Below are positions 1 to 10,003 of a DNA stretch of 64,000 bases, piece after piece. The position numbers and the translations under genes are program-made. How positions within the stretch are numbered: position 1 is the first letter of the stretch; each line of letters begins with the position of its first letter. This DNA is from an uncultured Candidatus Saccharibacteria bacterium (GTDB lineage Bacteria; Patescibacteriota; Saccharimonadia; UBA4664; CAZJNH01): positions 17,703 through 81,702 of the forward strand of contig CAZJNH010000005.1 in assembly GCA_964547425.1 (NCBI GenBank), in the 5' to 3' direction. The notes under the pieces were generated by a model. It did not search any database and was not told the DNA's origin. It was given only the letters and a program-made list of their open reading frames with translations.

Positions 1-479
1 CCGTTGGCCGAGTTAATCGACACCCCGGAAAAATCGCCGTTGGCTTCCATAGCGGCGGCCAGCTTGCTCACCAGCCGATAGTTCGGAGCCGTTCCGGTTA
101 CCTCCAGCAGTCCGCCTTCTCCGGCACTTAACGCGGTAACAAACACCGAATTCGGCGAAACTTTCTCTAACACCGCAAAGAACTTAGTCAAAAGAGTACG
201 ATTCTTGTATAGGCCGGGCAAAGCCTTGAGATTTTGCTGCAAAGTCAGCATGTCCTGCAAGTTCTCAGTTTGGACCAGCTGCGCCTGCTTGCTGTTTATA
301 CCCGACTGAACTCGATCGATAGCGAAGTGCTGGGCTTGGGTGACGAAAAATAAAACCACTATCAATCCGATCAATCCGCCGTTAATCGTAACCAGCAGCG
401 TAAAAATCAGTTGCTTCTTGCGAGTGTCCTGTACCTGGGTCTGCTTCTGGTCCGGAACCAGGTTAATCGCTACAGCCAT
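1..479 (-). CDS. pilN: Type IV pilus assembly protein PilN-like (N-terminal part; gene runs off the left edge of the window)
   Basis: Minus-strand ORF starts with an ATG overlapping the pilM stop (ATGA). Translation MAVAINLVPDQKQTQ... has an N-terminal TM helix and a coiled region typical of PilN, directly downstream of pilM. Confidence 0.55.
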   Translation of the reverse strand, partial: MAVAINLVPDQKQTQVQDTRKKQLIFTLLVTINGGLIGLIVVLFFVTQAQHFAIDRVQSGINSKQAQLVQTENLQDMLTLQQNLKALPGLYKNRTLLTKFFAVLEKVSPNSVFVTALSAGEGGLLEVTGTAPNYRLVSKLAAAMEANGDFSGVSINSAN

Positions 480-1516
480 CAGCTAACCTCCATCTGGGCG
501 AGCCCCGCAGCTACCGCATATTGGCTAGCCGATGTGAGCAATTTTTCCTGCAGATTTGATGGATAAGATACGTTCTCCCAGGGGTTACCGACCTCAACGG
601 GCAGGTTCAAAATATTCGCCATATAAGTCGGGAACTGCGGCATCAAAGAAGATCCGCCGGTCAGTACCGCTTTCTCGATTTTGACGCCCGGGTGGTGTTC
701 ACCGAAGTACTGGATAGCTTTTTGGATTTCAGCGACCAGGGTGTCTAACATCGGCTTAACCCCGGCGAGGACTTGGCCCTCCAGCTTGTCCTGGGTTAAC
801 CCGAACTTGATGATAAATTGCTCGGCTTGGGTCTGCTCAACGCCAAGATGCTGGGCGACGGCCTTGGCAAAACTAAGGCCTCCCACCGGAATAGCTGCTA
901 TTAACCTCGGCACACCCTTAAGTTGTATGGTCAAATCCGTATTCAATCCGCCCATATCCAGAAGTATAACGCAACTTTCATCTGAAGACACTAATGCTTG
1001 GCTCATAGCTAAAGCGTTGGGTTCCAGGCCGACTAACGTCAGCCCGGCTTGCTCACAAATTTCCAGATACCGCTGGGCGGTACGGGTTGGGGTCGCGACG
1101 ATAAGTACCTCCATTTCCTTGGCCTGGTTGTCACCTTTTATGACCGACCAGTCGAGTTTCACCTGGTCGAGCGGTAGCGGGATGCTGCGCTCCGCCTGGT
1201 AGCGAATACCCTTTTCCACCTCCGAGTGGCTCATTTGCGGGACGACTATCACCGAGGAGTAAACCTTACTGGACGGAATACCTAGCACCGCCTGTTTCGT
1301 CGAAACGTTTGTCTCCGCAAGCAGCTGCGTAAGCTGCTGGACGAGGCTGGCGATATCGACCTCGGCGTCGCTTTGGGTCAGGTTTAGCGGCACCTTCATG
1401 TCGCCGAAGGTTACCAATAAAGGTTTACCGCCGCCGTGTTTTAACTGCACCAATCTGATGCCCGACGAACCGATGTCAATCCCAACAAAATTAGTCTCGC
1501 CACCCAGTAAGGCCAT
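479..1516 (-). CDS. pilM: Type IV pilus assembly ATPase-like protein PilM
   Basis: 345-aa ORF with actin-like fold motifs (GIDIGSSGIRLV..., DMGGLNTDL) typical of PilM/FtsA-like proteins, followed by pilN. Confidence 0.85.
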   Translation of the reverse strand: MALLGGETNFVGIDIGSSGIRLVQLKHGGGKPLLVTFGDMKVPLNLTQSDAEVDIASLVQQLTQLLAETNVSTKQAVLGIPSSKVYSSVIVVPQMSHSEVEKGIRYQAERSIPLPLDQVKLDWSVIKGDNQAKEMEVLIVATPTRTAQRYLEICEQAGLTLVGLEPNALAMSQALVSSDESCVILLDMGGLNTDLTIQLKGVPRLIAAIPVGGLSFAKAVAQHLGVEQTQAEQFIIKFGLTQDKLEGQVLAGVKPMLDTLVAEIQKAIQYFGEHHPGVKIEKAVLTGGSSLMPQFPTYMANILNLPVEVGNPWENVSYPSNLQEKLLTSASQYAVAAGLAQMEVS

Positions 1517-1566
1517 TACTTATCAATCATAAAGGATATGCACTTCGGGGTCTATACCATAAGCAT

Positions 1567-3744
1567 TTAGAAGAGTGGGGGCTGTTCGTTTTCGCTGAAC
1601 TGCAGCGTGCAGTCGGATTTTGTCGGATCGCAGTTTCCGGTGCCGGATGACAGAGTTAATCCCGGCGGTCCCGCGCCGACAAACACCAGGCCCATTTCTG
1701 GCCCGCCAATCTGTTCGGCGACAACCGGCCCCGCGGTTTTTGAGCCATCGCCTCTGCGCCAAAACAGCACGGCGTTAGCCGAAAGCAATCCGTGAACTTG
1801 GAGTTTTGCCTCACAAGGATTCCCGCCGCTTTTTGGTGATTTAGGGCAGGTCCAGATATTGCCTCTGAAGCAAGCCCTGAGAGCTCCGCGCCTGGCGCAT
1901 GGCCCAACGCCAGCGAAGTAGTAGCCGTCCAGATTGGTAACAGCTCCTGCGACCTTTAAGCTGGCGTAATCAACCAACGCGAACGAAGGCAGCTCGGAAG
2001 TGCTGCTAAAGCCGTTGCCGCCGTTGTCGTCGTATTTAATGTTACCGCCTATCCTAACGCTGTACCCAGCATTCTGAATCGGGTGGCAGCCGCCGCTGCA
2101 GCTGGTGCGGATTGGAATAGCCTGGATAACCAAGGTTTTGTGGCCGCGAATGATAATCGGGCCGCCGTTGGGGTTCCTAAGGTTAATCGGTTGGTTAAAA
2201 TCAACACTGCCATATAGCGACGGATTATTACAAATTTCTTGCCCGTCATAACTGATACAGTGCAGCGCCGGTGAAACATCCTCCAGTACATGGACGTAGC
2301 ACCATATCATCTGTTCCGGCTTACCTACACTTAACGGGTCCGTGCCGGCTAACATTCTGACGATTCTGGGTACATCTTTATTGCCGCAAGCGTCTTGGTC
2401 GTTGCCCTTACTACCGATGTAGATGACATTGCCTGAAGGCGAGTGAGATATATGTTTTCCCTTGCTGCGGCCCGCGAAATTGTTGGTGTAGTTAATCACG
2501 TTTTGCAATTCCAGCTGGCAAATCGGGAAGCCGTAGTTCATAGTCGGATCGCTCGATTGGCCAACTCGCAATCTGCTGGCCGGGTTCTGCGACCCTCCGG
2601 AACCAAAACCAAAAATTGGGCCTGTGGAGGAAATCACGGAGCTCACGCCGGACTGGTCAAAACTGCCGTGAACCGACTGCGGAACCAAGGAACCGAAGTT
2701 ACACTTCACCCTTTTGGATGTCCTTATCACTGCCCCGGAGTGGACATCACCATAAGTCGCTAAGTTATTGAAGATCGTTGTGAGGTACGGGATCCTTGGG
2801 CCGAGTGCCGGGGCGGAGGTGGAGCAAGCTTTGCTCACCATATTTAAAAGCCCGGTGGCATCCCACATCGTAAAGGTATAGGACTGTCCCGGCGACAGCC
2901 CGGTTACTGCTGGTGCCGTGCCCGGGCTGGTGGTAAACGGGTTGCCGGGTATAGGATTCCCATTTTCATCATCGATAGTAACGCTAGGTGTACCGCTAAA
3001 CGTGTAGCCCAAAGTAATCGACGTGTCGGTCGATGAATTGCAGGTAATTCTCCCGCTGGGTCCGGGAGTAGGCCTTGTCCGACAGCTGTCGGCGGCCAAG
3101 TTACTACCGCTACCGCTATCCCGCAAGGTGCCTTTATAGCTAGTCCCAGGCGAAAGACCCGTCTCGTCCCAATGCCCGCTGCCGTTGGGCGTGCTATAGC
3201 CCAAATCTTTGTAGTGGACGAGAACGCCGGCGCGGTAAAGTACCGGATCGTTAACGTTTTTCCAGGTTGCCCGCCACCTGATAGCTGTTTGACTCAGGGT
3301 AGTACATGTAACTGTGCCTGACCCACCGTTATTTCCCCCGCAACCGACAGGATTTAGATCGCCTTTAGTATCAATGGTACCGCCGCCATCAAAGGTTAGA
3401 GTGATTGTCGCTACGAGGGTCCCGTTTCGGCTGAAGGTCGTCCCTACTCCTTTACACAAAGCATTAGTGTTATCAGACCACTCTAGGCCTCCTCCAGTAG
3501 CCGGACCGGTAATAGCAATGTGATATTGGACATTGGCAATTGGTGTCGAGTAGGCAAAATAAGCATTAAAATTTTGACCGGTAACGCCCGTTAAAGAGAC
3601 CGTACACGATCCGCCGCTTGATAAGGCGACGCCTGAACTAGTGCAGACCGTGGCGGCTTGAGCAGGTGGTGGGTTAAACCCGTACAGCGCCAAAGAGGAA
3701 GCCAAGGTCAGTACCAACAGCCCAACTCGGCGGAAAAATCTCAT
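1567..3744 (-). CDS. Large secreted Cys-rich surface protein (function unknown)
   Basis: 725-aa ORF with a Sec signal peptide (MRFFRRVGLLVLTLASSLALYGF...AQA/AT) and many Cys, Gly and Thr residues. It overlaps the upstream membrane-protein gene by 4 nt. Confidence 0.65.
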   Translation of the reverse strand: MRFFRRVGLLVLTLASSLALYGFNPPPAQAATVCTSSGVALSSGGSCTVSLTGVTGQNFNAYFAYSTPIANVQYHIAITGPATGGGLEWSDNTNALCKGVGTTFSRNGTLVATITLTFDGGGTIDTKGDLNPVGCGGNNGGSGTVTCTTLSQTAIRWRATWKNVNDPVLYRAGVLVHYKDLGYSTPNGSGHWDETGLSPGTSYKGTLRDSGSGSNLAADSCRTRPTPGPSGRITCNSSTDTSITLGYTFSGTPSVTIDDENGNPIPGNPFTTSPGTAPAVTGLSPGQSYTFTMWDATGLLNMVSKACSTSAPALGPRIPYLTTIFNNLATYGDVHSGAVIRTSKRVKCNFGSLVPQSVHGSFDQSGVSSVISSTGPIFGFGSGGSQNPASRLRVGQSSDPTMNYGFPICQLELQNVINYTNNFAGRSKGKHISHSPSGNVIYIGSKGNDQDACGNKDVPRIVRMLAGTDPLSVGKPEQMIWCYVHVLEDVSPALHCISYDGQEICNNPSLYGSVDFNQPINLRNPNGGPIIIRGHKTLVIQAIPIRTSCSGGCHPIQNAGYSVRIGGNIKYDDNGGNGFSSTSELPSFALVDYASLKVAGAVTNLDGYYFAGVGPCARRGALRACFRGNIWTCPKSPKSGGNPCEAKLQVHGLLSANAVLFWRRGDGSKTAGPVVAEQIGGPEMGLVFVGAGPPGLTLSSGTGNCDPTKSDCTLQFSENEQPPLF

Positions 3745-4247
3745 CGAACCGTCACCTGTTTAAACTCATGGGCATGCACAACCACTCCAGATGCGTCCTT
3801 AAAAAGCGAACCGTATTCGTACTTACCCGGATAAGCCGGCTCCGCGTAGACGGTAACCGTTCTAGTATCTCCAGCTTCAATGTTACCCACCTCAAACACC
3901 CCCGTCGAACTGCCCTGATCGGATTCGATGCTTAGCAGTTTGGCCGAGGCAGAGCCGGTCATTTGGCCAACCCCGTCGAGTGTTAGTTTGACGTCCTTCC
4001 AGTTGGCTTTGGTCTGGTTCTTAAGGACATAAACCAGGGTGACTCGGCGGCTCGAGGCTGACGGCTTCTTGGTTTTAAGTGTGGTTAGGAAAGGCAGTAC
4101 CAAGAAGAAGAGCACGAGAATAATGGCAAGTAGACCTAAGCCCATTAATATATATCGGCTTGGTTTTTTGACGTCTGGACCCACCTCTGCCAGTCCCGCC
4201 TGTTTGAATACCTGGCGAAACCGTTTCTGAAACCTCTTAAGCTTCAT
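3741..4247 (-). CDS. Membrane-anchored protein (N-terminal TM helix, extracytoplasmic beta-rich domain)
   Basis: ORF 3741..4265 was trimmed to the MKLKRF start. It has one TM helix (ILMGLGLLAIILVLFFLVLPFL) and is translationally coupled to the downstream large secreted protein. Confidence 0.55.
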   Translation of the reverse strand: MKLKRFQKRFRQVFKQAGLAEVGPDVKKPSRYILMGLGLLAIILVLFFLVLPFLTTLKTKKPSASSRRVTLVYVLKNQTKANWKDVKLTLDGVGQMTGSASAKLLSIESDQGSSTGVFEVGNIEAGDTRTVTVYAEPAYPGKYEYGSLFKDASGVVVHAHEFKQVTVR

Positions 4248-4289
4248 CGAGCTTAAGCATAGCACCAGCCAGGGACTAGGGTCTAGGGC

Positions 4290-5024
4290 TTAGGTTTTAG
4301 CGTCAAGGAGGTAAAATCGTTCGCGGTTGCCTTGGGCGCCGGTGACCTCCGAGTCCGCGGAGCCAATGATTTCGTAATGTTCCCGAAGCCAGGTCTCTAG
4401 ATCATCCAGGATTTGCTGGCGGACGGTTTCGTCTTTGATAACACCGCTATAGCGATCGGCGATTTGTTTGCTGGCCTCGAACTGAGGTTTGGCCATCGCG
4501 ACGATTAAGCCATCACGAGTCAAGAGTCGGGACACAGGAATCAGGATTTTAGTCAGCGAGATGAAAGAAACATCAATCAATGCGAGGTCGGCTTTCTCAG
4601 GCAACTCCACTTTTCGGATGTCCGTCTTTTCCAATACCACGACTCGCGAGTCGTTTCTTAACTTTTGGTCGAGTTGGTTGGTGCCGACGTCGACGGCGTA
4701 GACTTTTGCCGCACTGTTCTGGAGAGCGTAGTCGGTGAAGCCTCCGGTTGAGGAGCCAACATCAAGGACGGTTTTGCCGTTGAAGTCGATTGCTAATTTC
4801 TTAGCCACCGACGCCATCTTCAAACCACCGCGCGAGACGTATTTGGGGCCTTGATCGATTCGGATTTCCAGATCACCAGAAACTAAGTGGCCGGCTTTTG
4901 TGGCCGGCATTCCGTCGACATTTACCCTCCCAGCCATAATCAAAGCCTGAGCCTTCGCACGGGTTTCCGCCAAACCCTTCTCAACCAGCAATAAATCTAA
5001 TCTCTGCTTCATAACAAGTACCAC
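4290..5024 (-). CDS. tlyA: TlyA-family rRNA 2'-O-methyltransferase (hemolysin A-like)
   Basis: S4-like N-terminus followed by an FtsJ-like methyltransferase motif (VLDVGSSTGGFTDYAL). Confidence 0.85.
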   Translation of the reverse strand: MVLVMKQRLDLLLVEKGLAETRAKAQALIMAGRVNVDGMPATKAGHLVSGDLEIRIDQGPKYVSRGGLKMASVAKKLAIDFNGKTVLDVGSSTGGFTDYALQNSAAKVYAVDVGTNQLDQKLRNDSRVVVLEKTDIRKVELPEKADLALIDVSFISLTKILIPVSRLLTRDGLIVAMAKPQFEASKQIADRYSGVIKDETVRQQILDDLETWLREHYEIIGSADSEVTGAQGNRERFYLLDAKT

Positions 5025-5035
5025 TTAAGTCCGAC

Positions 5036-5596
5036 TTATTTGGCGCGTTCGATGTAGGCGCCGGTCCGCGTGTCGACCTTGAGCAAGTCGCCCACTTTAA
5101 CAAATAGCGGCACGTTCACCTTTAGCCCGGTTTCCAGAGTACAAACCTTAGTCGCGGCCGTGGCGGTGTTGCCTTTAACTCCGGGTTCGCAATCCGTCGC
5201 TTTAAGCACGACATTCTTGGGTAATTGGACTTCAATAATTTTGCCGCCTGAGCTCTGCAATATCACCTCGGAGCCTTCGGTTAGGTAGTTAGCCATGTCA
5301 CTAACGACATCGGACGATATTTGGTGCTGGTCGTAGGACTGCTGGTCCATAAACACAAAGTCCGAACCTTCTTTATATAAGTACTGCGCGGTCCGGTTTG
5401 TGACGCTGGCTGGCGAAATTTTTTCCGCGGGCCGAAACGTCTTTTCCAAAAGCGCGCCGTTGAGCAAATTTTTTACACGGGTTCGCATGACAGCACCGCC
5501 CCGGCCCATCGAAACATGCTGGGTCGAGACGACCTTGTGGGGTGCGCCGTCGATCTCAATTAAGAGCTCTTTTCGCAGGTCGCTGATCGAGTACAT
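5036..5596 (-). CDS. efp: Elongation factor P
   Basis: 186-aa ORF with the EF-P signature (KPGKGxA-like region; three-domain length). Confidence 0.9.
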   Translation of the reverse strand: MYSISDLRKELLIEIDGAPHKVVSTQHVSMGRGGAVMRTRVKNLLNGALLEKTFRPAEKISPASVTNRTAQYLYKEGSDFVFMDQQSYDQHQISSDVVSDMANYLTEGSEVILQSSGGKIIEVQLPKNVVLKATDCEPGVKGNTATAATKVCTLETGLKVNVPLFVKVGDLLKVDTRTGAYIERAK

Positions 5597-5600
5597 TGCC

Positions 5601-5819
5601 CTACCTAACTACAAACGGTAAGAGAGCAATTTGGCGCGCGCGCTTGAGCGCTAGCGCAACTTTGCGTTGGTGCCGGGTGCAAGTTCCGGTGCGTTTTCGC
5701 GGTTCAATTTTGCCGTAAGTATTTAGGAATCGCTGCAAAAGTTTGACGTCTTTGTAATCAACTTCGTCGACTTTTTCGACGCAGAATCGGCAGACTTTTC
5801 GTCCAAAATGAACAGCCAT
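5601..5819 (-). CDS. rpsR: 30S ribosomal protein S18
   Basis: 72-aa ORF with a conserved S18 C-terminus (...[29 protein letters not shown]) in the rpsF-ssb-rpsR arrangement. Confidence 0.9.
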   Translation of the reverse strand: MAVHFGRKVCRFCVEKVDEVDYKDVKLLQRFLNTYGKIEPRKRTGTCTRHQRKVALALKRARQIALLPFVVR

Positions 5820-6325
5820 TAGAATGGGATGTCGTCGAGGTTAACTTCGGAGCCTGCATCCAGGTCTTCAATTACGACGTCCTTCTCTTTAGTTTTGGCC
5901 GGTGCCGGCTTTTCATCAGCTGGAAGCTGCGAACCTTCGGCTTCAGACGCGGCAGGTACCGGAGCGGAATAGCTACTGCCACCACTACCTTCACCTGGGC
6001 GGTCGAGGAAGTTAATGTCACTAGCCACAATCTCGGTCCGCTGCCGCTTCACGCCGTCCTTTTCCCAGCTTTGGGTTTGCAAGCGGCCAGCGACCATTAC
6101 CTTGCGGCCTTTGGCCAAGTACTGCGACGCCAATTCACCGAGCTTACCCCAGGCGACGATGTCGTGGTACTCCACCTCTTCGCGCTTTTCCCCGGAGGCG
6201 TCGTTCCAGCTGCGGTTTGTAGCCACGGCAAACGAAGCCACCGACTGGCCATTTGGCGTAGTCCGCAGTTCGGGGTCGCGGGTTAGATTACCCATTACGA
6301 TCGCTTGATTAAATGATTTAGCCAT
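5819..6325 (-). CDS. ssb: Single-stranded DNA-binding protein
   Basis: OB-fold N-terminus, Gly/Ser-rich linker and acidic C-terminal tail ...DDIPF. Confidence 0.9.
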   Translation of the reverse strand: MAKSFNQAIVMGNLTRDPELRTTPNGQSVASFAVATNRSWNDASGEKREEVEYHDIVAWGKLGELASQYLAKGRKVMVAGRLQTQSWEKDGVKRQRTEIVASDINFLDRPGEGSGGSSYSAPVPAASEAEGSQLPADEKPAPAKTKEKDVVIEDLDAGSEVNLDDIPF

Positions 6326-6695
6326 TTACGGCCTCCTTCTCCTCTTCGGCCGGAGCTTCAACTTCGGCTTCAGTTTTGGCTTTCTTTGCCTTGCCGGGCT
6401 TAGCCGGCTTAATATCGGGTGATTTGACTAATAAATAGCGGATGACTTCTTCGCTCAAGCGAAGAGCCCGGTTTAGGGCATCCGTCTTGTCGGGATCGAT
6501 TTGAACCACAAAAAAGACGTACACGGCAAACTGATGGGCGCCAATTTCGTACGCCAAACGCTTTTTGCCCCAGTTGTCCCTTTTAATAACTTTGCCGCCC
6601 AAATCGGCGATTTGGCTCTCCAGTTTCTTGACTGGGGTGTCCAAGTCGATCTCCAGATCCGGATGCAGCAGTACGACCAGTTCGTATTCGCGCAT
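6318..6695 (-). CDS. rpsF: 30S ribosomal protein S6 (with Lys/Ala/Glu-rich C-terminal extension)
   Basis: MREYELVVLLHPDLE... is the canonical S6 N-terminus, upstream of ssb. Confidence 0.9.
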   Translation of the reverse strand: MREYELVVLLHPDLEIDLDTPVKKLESQIADLGGKVIKRDNWGKKRLAYEIGAHQFAVYVFFVVQIDPDKTDALNRALRLSEEVIRYLLVKSPDIKPAKPGKAKKAKTEAEVEAPAEEEKEAVNG

Positions 6696-6809
6696 AAAAA
6701 AATTCCTTCCTTCGGCCTAAGCCCCGCGTCTGGCGCAGGGAAAAAGGGTTATTTGACCAAGAAATTGTACCCGTTCCCAAGGGGGTTGGTCAAGGACTAG
6801 AATGGGGAT

Positions 6810-7334
6810 ATGTACACTCTAGGGTCACACTTAGCTAACGCGCAGGTTTTTTCGCTGCAGTCCGGGCACGCTATCGCCAAGGTCAGCGGGCAAATCATTG
6901 AACCCTCGACTCTCGAACTGGCAGCGTTTTACGTTAACTCCCCCAAATCGCCCCAAACCGTTGTCTTGGCGCGGGATATCCGCCGGCTGACACCCGATAC
7001 CGTTGTCGTTGACTCGAGTGAGGACCTAGAAGATCCGGCCGAGATCGTTAGGCTCCAGGAGCTTATTCAGCGTAAATTCTCGCTTCAGGGTATCAAGGTA
7101 GTTAGCGAATCCGGCCAGAAGCTGGGCAAGGTTGGTGACTATACCGTCAGCCTTTCCACCTACAAGGTCCAAAAGATCTATGTTAAGCCGTCGTTGATGA
7201 AGGCTTTTCTTGCCAACAGTTTAATCATCGACCGAGCGCAGATCGTTGACGTCACCAACCAGAAAATCACTGTTCGAGACGGAACGGTCAGTGCTAGAGG
7301 CATGGCATCGATTAAGGCTTTGCCGACTGATTGA
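6810..7334 (+). CDS. PRC-barrel domain protein (tandem PRC domains)
   Basis: 174-aa ORF with two repeats of the PRC-barrel-like pattern. A terminator hairpin follows. Confidence 0.6.
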   Translation: MYTLGSHLANAQVFSLQSGHAIAKVSGQIIEPSTLELAAFYVNSPKSPQTVVLARDIRRLTPDTVVVDSSEDLEDPAEIVRLQELIQRKFSLQGIKVVSESGQKLGKVGDYTVSLSTYKVQKIYVKPSLMKAFLANSLIIDRAQIVDVTNQKITVRDGTVSARGMASIKALPTD

Positions 7335-7340
7335 ATAAGG

Positions 7341-7398
7341 TCTCTCCCTTTTTCGTCTAAACACGAATTACTTAGGTCGTATAGGGAGAGACCTTTTT
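7341..7398 (+). terminator. Rho-independent terminator (GGTCTCTCCC...GGGAGAGACC + TTTTTTCG)
   Basis: 10-bp GC-rich stem followed by a T6 tract immediately after the PRC-barrel gene. Confidence 0.6.
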
Positions 7399-7544
7399 TC
7401 GTCTGGATTAGCCCCGCTAAAAGGGTTGTGCTTCAAAAATCCTTAAGCTATCATTGAGCCACTAAGAGGGGTTGTGGTGGTTATAGTACTGCTCTGGGCG
7501 TTCGCCTTCGTTCTGGCGTTTCGGTTACTCGCGACCAGCAACAG

Positions 7545-8219
7545 CTAGTCAATTTCTAGCTCGGATAAAGCTGTTTTTACCTGCGAATAACTAAAGCCCT
7601 GTTTAACTAAATACTCGATGAGTTTTGGCTGATCTCTTCGAGCCTGAGCGATCTGTTCAGGGCTTTTTGTTGTTGAGGCCTCAGAGCCGAAGGCCTGGTA
7701 CTTTACCAGGTTCAGTTTTTTGCGCGCGATATCCTTGATTGCTTGGGTCTCGGCCTCCTCATCCACCTCAGACAATGCCGACTCAATCGCGACCTCGTCC
7801 ACACCTTTCTGCCGCAACTCGGATAGTAACTTCCGGCGGCTGGCCGGTTTCAGCAGCCGCCGGCTTTCGACCCAGGACTTGGCAAAGCCTTCATCGCTCA
7901 ATAACCCCTGCGACAATAGCCGCTCGGTAACCAGCTCTATTTCTTCGACCGGATGGCCTTTCTTGAGCAAATGGTCCTTTGTTTCTTTGGCCGACCGCGG
8001 CCGAAAACTCAAGTAGTGGATGGCTTGGTCATACACCTTCGATTGGCTCGACAAGGCCTTCAGCTTAGAAAGTTGGTCGTCGTCCAGCTCGTCCCCGCGA
8101 TTGATGGCAGACGAAACCAATTCGGCTTCAGGCAAAGAGAAGCTATACTCCCCATCAACAAAAATAGAGTAGCGGTTTTGGCGTTTTACCTGCTGCTCTA
8201 TTTTTGTAATCTTCGGCAT
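7545..8219 (-). CDS. recX: Recombination regulator RecX
   Basis: Three-helix repeat protein directly downstream of recA; its size and position are typical. Confidence 0.8.
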   Translation of the reverse strand: MPKITKIEQQVKRQNRYSIFVDGEYSFSLPEAELVSSAINRGDELDDDQLSKLKALSSQSKVYDQAIHYLSFRPRSAKETKDHLLKKGHPVEEIELVTERLLSQGLLSDEGFAKSWVESRRLLKPASRRKLLSELRQKGVDEVAIESALSEVDEEAETQAIKDIARKKLNLVKYQAFGSEASTTKSPEQIAQARRDQPKLIEYLVKQGFSYSQVKTALSELEID

Positions 8220-8228
8220 ACTGCCGGA

Positions 8229-9269
8229 TTAAGCTGAAGCGACGAGTTTGCGGATCTCTCTTTCGAGGTCGGCCTTAACCTTGGGCGTGTCTTTGAGGAA
8301 CTGCTTGGCGGCTTCGCGGCCTTGGCCGATCTTTTCGCCTTTGTATTCGTACCAGGCTCCGCTTTTGTTGACCAGTTCGTACTTCACAGCGAGGTCGAGA
8401 ACCTCACCTTCGACGGAGATACCAACGTTGTACATCACATCGAACTCAGCTACCCGGAATGGCGGAGCCACCTTGTTTTTGACGACTTTCACCCGGACTT
8501 TACTGCCAATAACTTGCTCGCCGTCTTTGATCTGCTCAATTCGGCGAATATCTAGCCGCACTGAAGAGTAATACTTCAGCGCCTGCCCGCCGGCGGTGGT
8601 CTCGGGGTTGCCGAACATTACGCCGATCTTCATCCGCAATTGGTTAATGAATATAACGGTGGTCTTGGACTTAGAAATAGCACCCGTTAGCTTGCGCAGA
8701 GCCTGGCTCATTAGCCGGGCCTGCAAGCCCATATGCGAGTCGCCCATGTCGCCCTCGATCTCCATACGCGGCACCAGAGCCGCCACAGAGTCGACAACCA
8801 CGACATCAACGGCGTTCGACCGCACGAGCGTTTCAGTGATCTCCAGGGCCTGCTCGCCGGTGTCCGGCTGAGAAATAAGTAAGTCGTCGAGGTTTACGCC
8901 AATCTTCGCGGCATATTCAGGATCCAAAGCGTGCTCGGCGTCAACGAACGCAGCCAAGCCACCCTTCTTCTGGACTTGTGCCACAGAGTGCAAAGCCAAT
9001 GTCGTCTTTCCGCTCGACTCCGGACCATAAATCTCAATAATCCGGCCCTTAGGTATGCCCCCGCCGAGCGCCAGGTCCAAGCCCAAACTTCCGGTCGACA
9101 TCGTTTCAATATCAATCTTGTGGTGCTCGCCCAGCTTCATAATTGAGCCTGCCCCAAACTGCTTTTCGATTTGCGCGACGGCCAGTTCTACCGCTTTTTT
9201 GCGTTGGCCCTTCTCGCTTTTGTCTTCTTTTTCCACTGTCTCTGGCTTCTCCAGTAATGCATTTGTCAT
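8229..9269 (-). CDS. recA: Recombinase RecA
   Basis: Walker [11 protein letters not shown]1/L2 loops, 346 aa. Confidence 0.95.
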   Translation of the reverse strand: MTNALLEKPETVEKEDKSEKGQRKKAVELAVAQIEKQFGAGSIMKLGEHHKIDIETMSTGSLGLDLALGGGIPKGRIIEIYGPESSGKTTLALHSVAQVQKKGGLAAFVDAEHALDPEYAAKIGVNLDDLLISQPDTGEQALEITETLVRSNAVDVVVVDSVAALVPRMEIEGDMGDSHMGLQARLMSQALRKLTGAISKSKTTVIFINQLRMKIGVMFGNPETTAGGQALKYYSSVRLDIRRIEQIKDGEQVIGSKVRVKVVKNKVAPPFRVAEFDVMYNVGISVEGEVLDLAVKYELVNKSGAWYEYKGEKIGQGREAAKQFLKDTPKVKADLEREIRKLVASA

Positions 9270-9296
9270 TTTAACTTCGTTCGCTCCTTTACGCTA

Positions 9297-9330
9297 ATGT
9301 GTAATCAGCACTATAGCGAACAAACACCGA
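9297..9330 (-). promoter_or_regulatory. Sigma70-like promoter of recA (TTGACA-18-TATAGT)
   Basis: The minus strand reads cTTGACAtgttcggtgtttgttcgcTATAGTg about 30 nt upstream of the recA start. Confidence 0.5.
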
Positions 9331-9343
9331 ACATGTCAAGCCT

Positions 9344-10003
9344 TTAGAAAATCTGGTTTAATTCCTCGAGGTTTTCGATCTTAATAAACTCATTGTCGGT
9401 CGGATAGGCGCCGTGGTCGAACTGAATTAACTTGCTGAACCCGACCTTACTGGCTCCTTCCAGCGCCGAAGGCACGTCATCAATAAACGCCGATTCCTCA
9501 GCTGAAACTTTGGCCGCCTCCAAGGCTGCTTCGTAAATACCGGGCTGGGGTTTGTCGATGCTAATCTCCCGCGAAATAATTACCGGGTCGAAATACTCAA
9601 GCAACTTCAAATAAGTCAGCTCGCTGCCCCGCCGCGACGTCATGCCATTAGAAATAATTCCCAACTTGTATTTTTTCCGCAAATACGCCAGCGTCTCAAT
9701 CGCGCCGTCGTTTAGTCGGTAATCCTTTTTCATCCAGGCATCTGTCATAAAATCGACCCGTTCTTTAGTCGTCTCAATCCCTAGCTGCTTCAAAATCTTG
9801 GCGTTGTGCTTGTCGGCCCAATGCTTCTCTTTCTCCAGCGTCTCGATATCGTTCCAGCCTTCAAAACCGGTTTCCTCGGCTAGCCTATGGCCAGCTTTGT
9901 AGTCTTCATAGTCTAACCCTAGGTACGCCGCAATCTTGCGTCTTGGATCTTCGTTGAGAGTAATGAGAACATTGCCGACGTCGAAGAAAATGATTTTGAT
10001 CAC
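9344..10003 (-). CDS. HAD-superfamily hydrolase (subfamily IA-like)
   Basis: N-terminal FFDVGNVL (DxG-like motif) and C-terminal D-rich motif. Confidence 0.75.
   Translation of the reverse strand: MIKIIFFDVGNVLITLNEDPRRKIAAYLGLDYEDYKAGHRLAEETGFEGWNDIETLEKEKHWADKHNAKILKQLGIETTKERVDFMTDAWMKKDYRLNDGAIETLAYLRKKYKLGIISNGMTSRRGSELTYLKLLEYFDPVIISREISIDKPQPGIYEAALEAAKVSAEESAFIDDVPSALEGASKVGFSKLIQFDHGAYPTDNEFIKIENLEELNQIF

Noticed and set aside
681-1202. 173-aa plus-strand ORF antisense to pilM (and many similar antisense ORFs, e.g. 12539..12846 inside ftsK, 34491..35324 and 35490..36215 inside polA, 19111..20622 inside pnp)
   Set aside because: They lie entirely within well-supported conserved genes on the opposite strand. 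They have no RBS and a low-complexity or odd composition. They are typical shadow ORFs of a GC-moderate genome.
9297-9343. LexA/SOS box at the recA promoter
   Set aside because: The sequence contains GAAC repeats (CGAACAAACACCGAACATG), but they are direct rather than forming the Cheo-box palindrome CGAAC-N4-GTTCG or the actinobacterial TCGAAC-N4-GTTCGA. No confident SOS box was found.
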